From an uncultured Actinomycetes bacterium (GTDB taxonomy: Bacteria; Actinomycetota; Thermoleophilia; RBG-16-64-13), in the NCBI GenBank assembly GCA_963841735.1, contig CAWJDT010000001.1, positions 1,088,001 to 1,152,000 of the forward strand: a stretch of 64,000 nucleotides of DNA, read 5' to 3'. A program made the translations under genes and the position numbers. The number at the start of each line of letters is the position of its first letter. Position 1 is the first letter of the stretch. Below are positions 63,758-64,000 of this stretch, piece by piece. A model generated the notes under the pieces. It saw nothing but the letters and a program-made list of their open reading frames with translations, was not told where the DNA came from and ran no database searches.

Positions 63758-64000
63758 TCATCGCCCCATTCTGCGGTTGGCTCTTCCAAGGATGAAGTCG
63801 TCTATCGCTCTGTGCAGGGCTGTCGCCGCGTGGTTGGAGCAATGCTGCTTGGGTTCCGGCAGACCTCCCAGAGTACTCATGATATCAAGGTCATCCAACT
63901 CGTAGGCATCTTCGACGGTCTTGCCGGTGGCCAGCTCGCTCATCATGCTGCAGGTCGCGATGGCCGCGTGACAACCGAAGACCTTGTACTTCACCTGGGC
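63758..64000 (-). CDS. NifU/IscU-like scaffold protein (5' end outside the window)
   Basis: KYKVFGCHAAIA..SMMSELATGKT and LGGLPEPKQHCS. Confidence 0.85.
   Translation of the reverse strand, partial: AQVKYKVFGCHAAIATCSMMSELATGKTVEDAYELDDLDIMSTLGGLPEPKQHCSNHAATALHRAIDDFILGRANRRMGR

Overview
GC-rich bacterial chromosome segment, probably from an anaerobic, deep-branching Actinomycetota such as Thermoleophilia. That placement is an inference from RNase J, an actinobacterial-type IS481, the tadA/tRNA-Ser/tRNA-Arg neighbourhood and the Hdr/Fe-S content. Housekeeping genes include rnj, tadA, carB, serC, tatA, a UvrD-like helicase, tRNA-Ser(CGA), tRNA-Arg(ACG) and tRNA-Ser(GCT). Three things stand out. 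(1) Downstream of tRNA-Ser(CGA) (about 5.5-23.6 kb) is an integrase-less accessory array. It holds two displaced tRNA-Ser 3' halves, each with a different but fully paired variable arm, and five copies of a ~45-80 bp 'TTGCCCCCGA + hairpin' junction repeat between mostly co-oriented genes, including two large membrane-anchored peptidases and an IS481. (2) An unannotated ~155-nt rod-shaped RNA candidate at 29.34-29.50 kb has its own sigma70-like promoter, terminator and phased upstream repeats, and is 6S-like or GGA-rich. (3) An ArsR-TusA-MvhD-HdrA(GltD insert)-HdrA-wHTH-QmoC-like-DsrE operon (55.3-63.1 kb) has no AprAB or HdrBC, suggesting an NAD(P)H/quinone/persulfide electron-bifurcating sulfur-relay module. 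Several genes carry single-base frameshifts or an in-frame TAG, which may be assembly errors. All product calls come from motif recognition by eye; no database searches were run.
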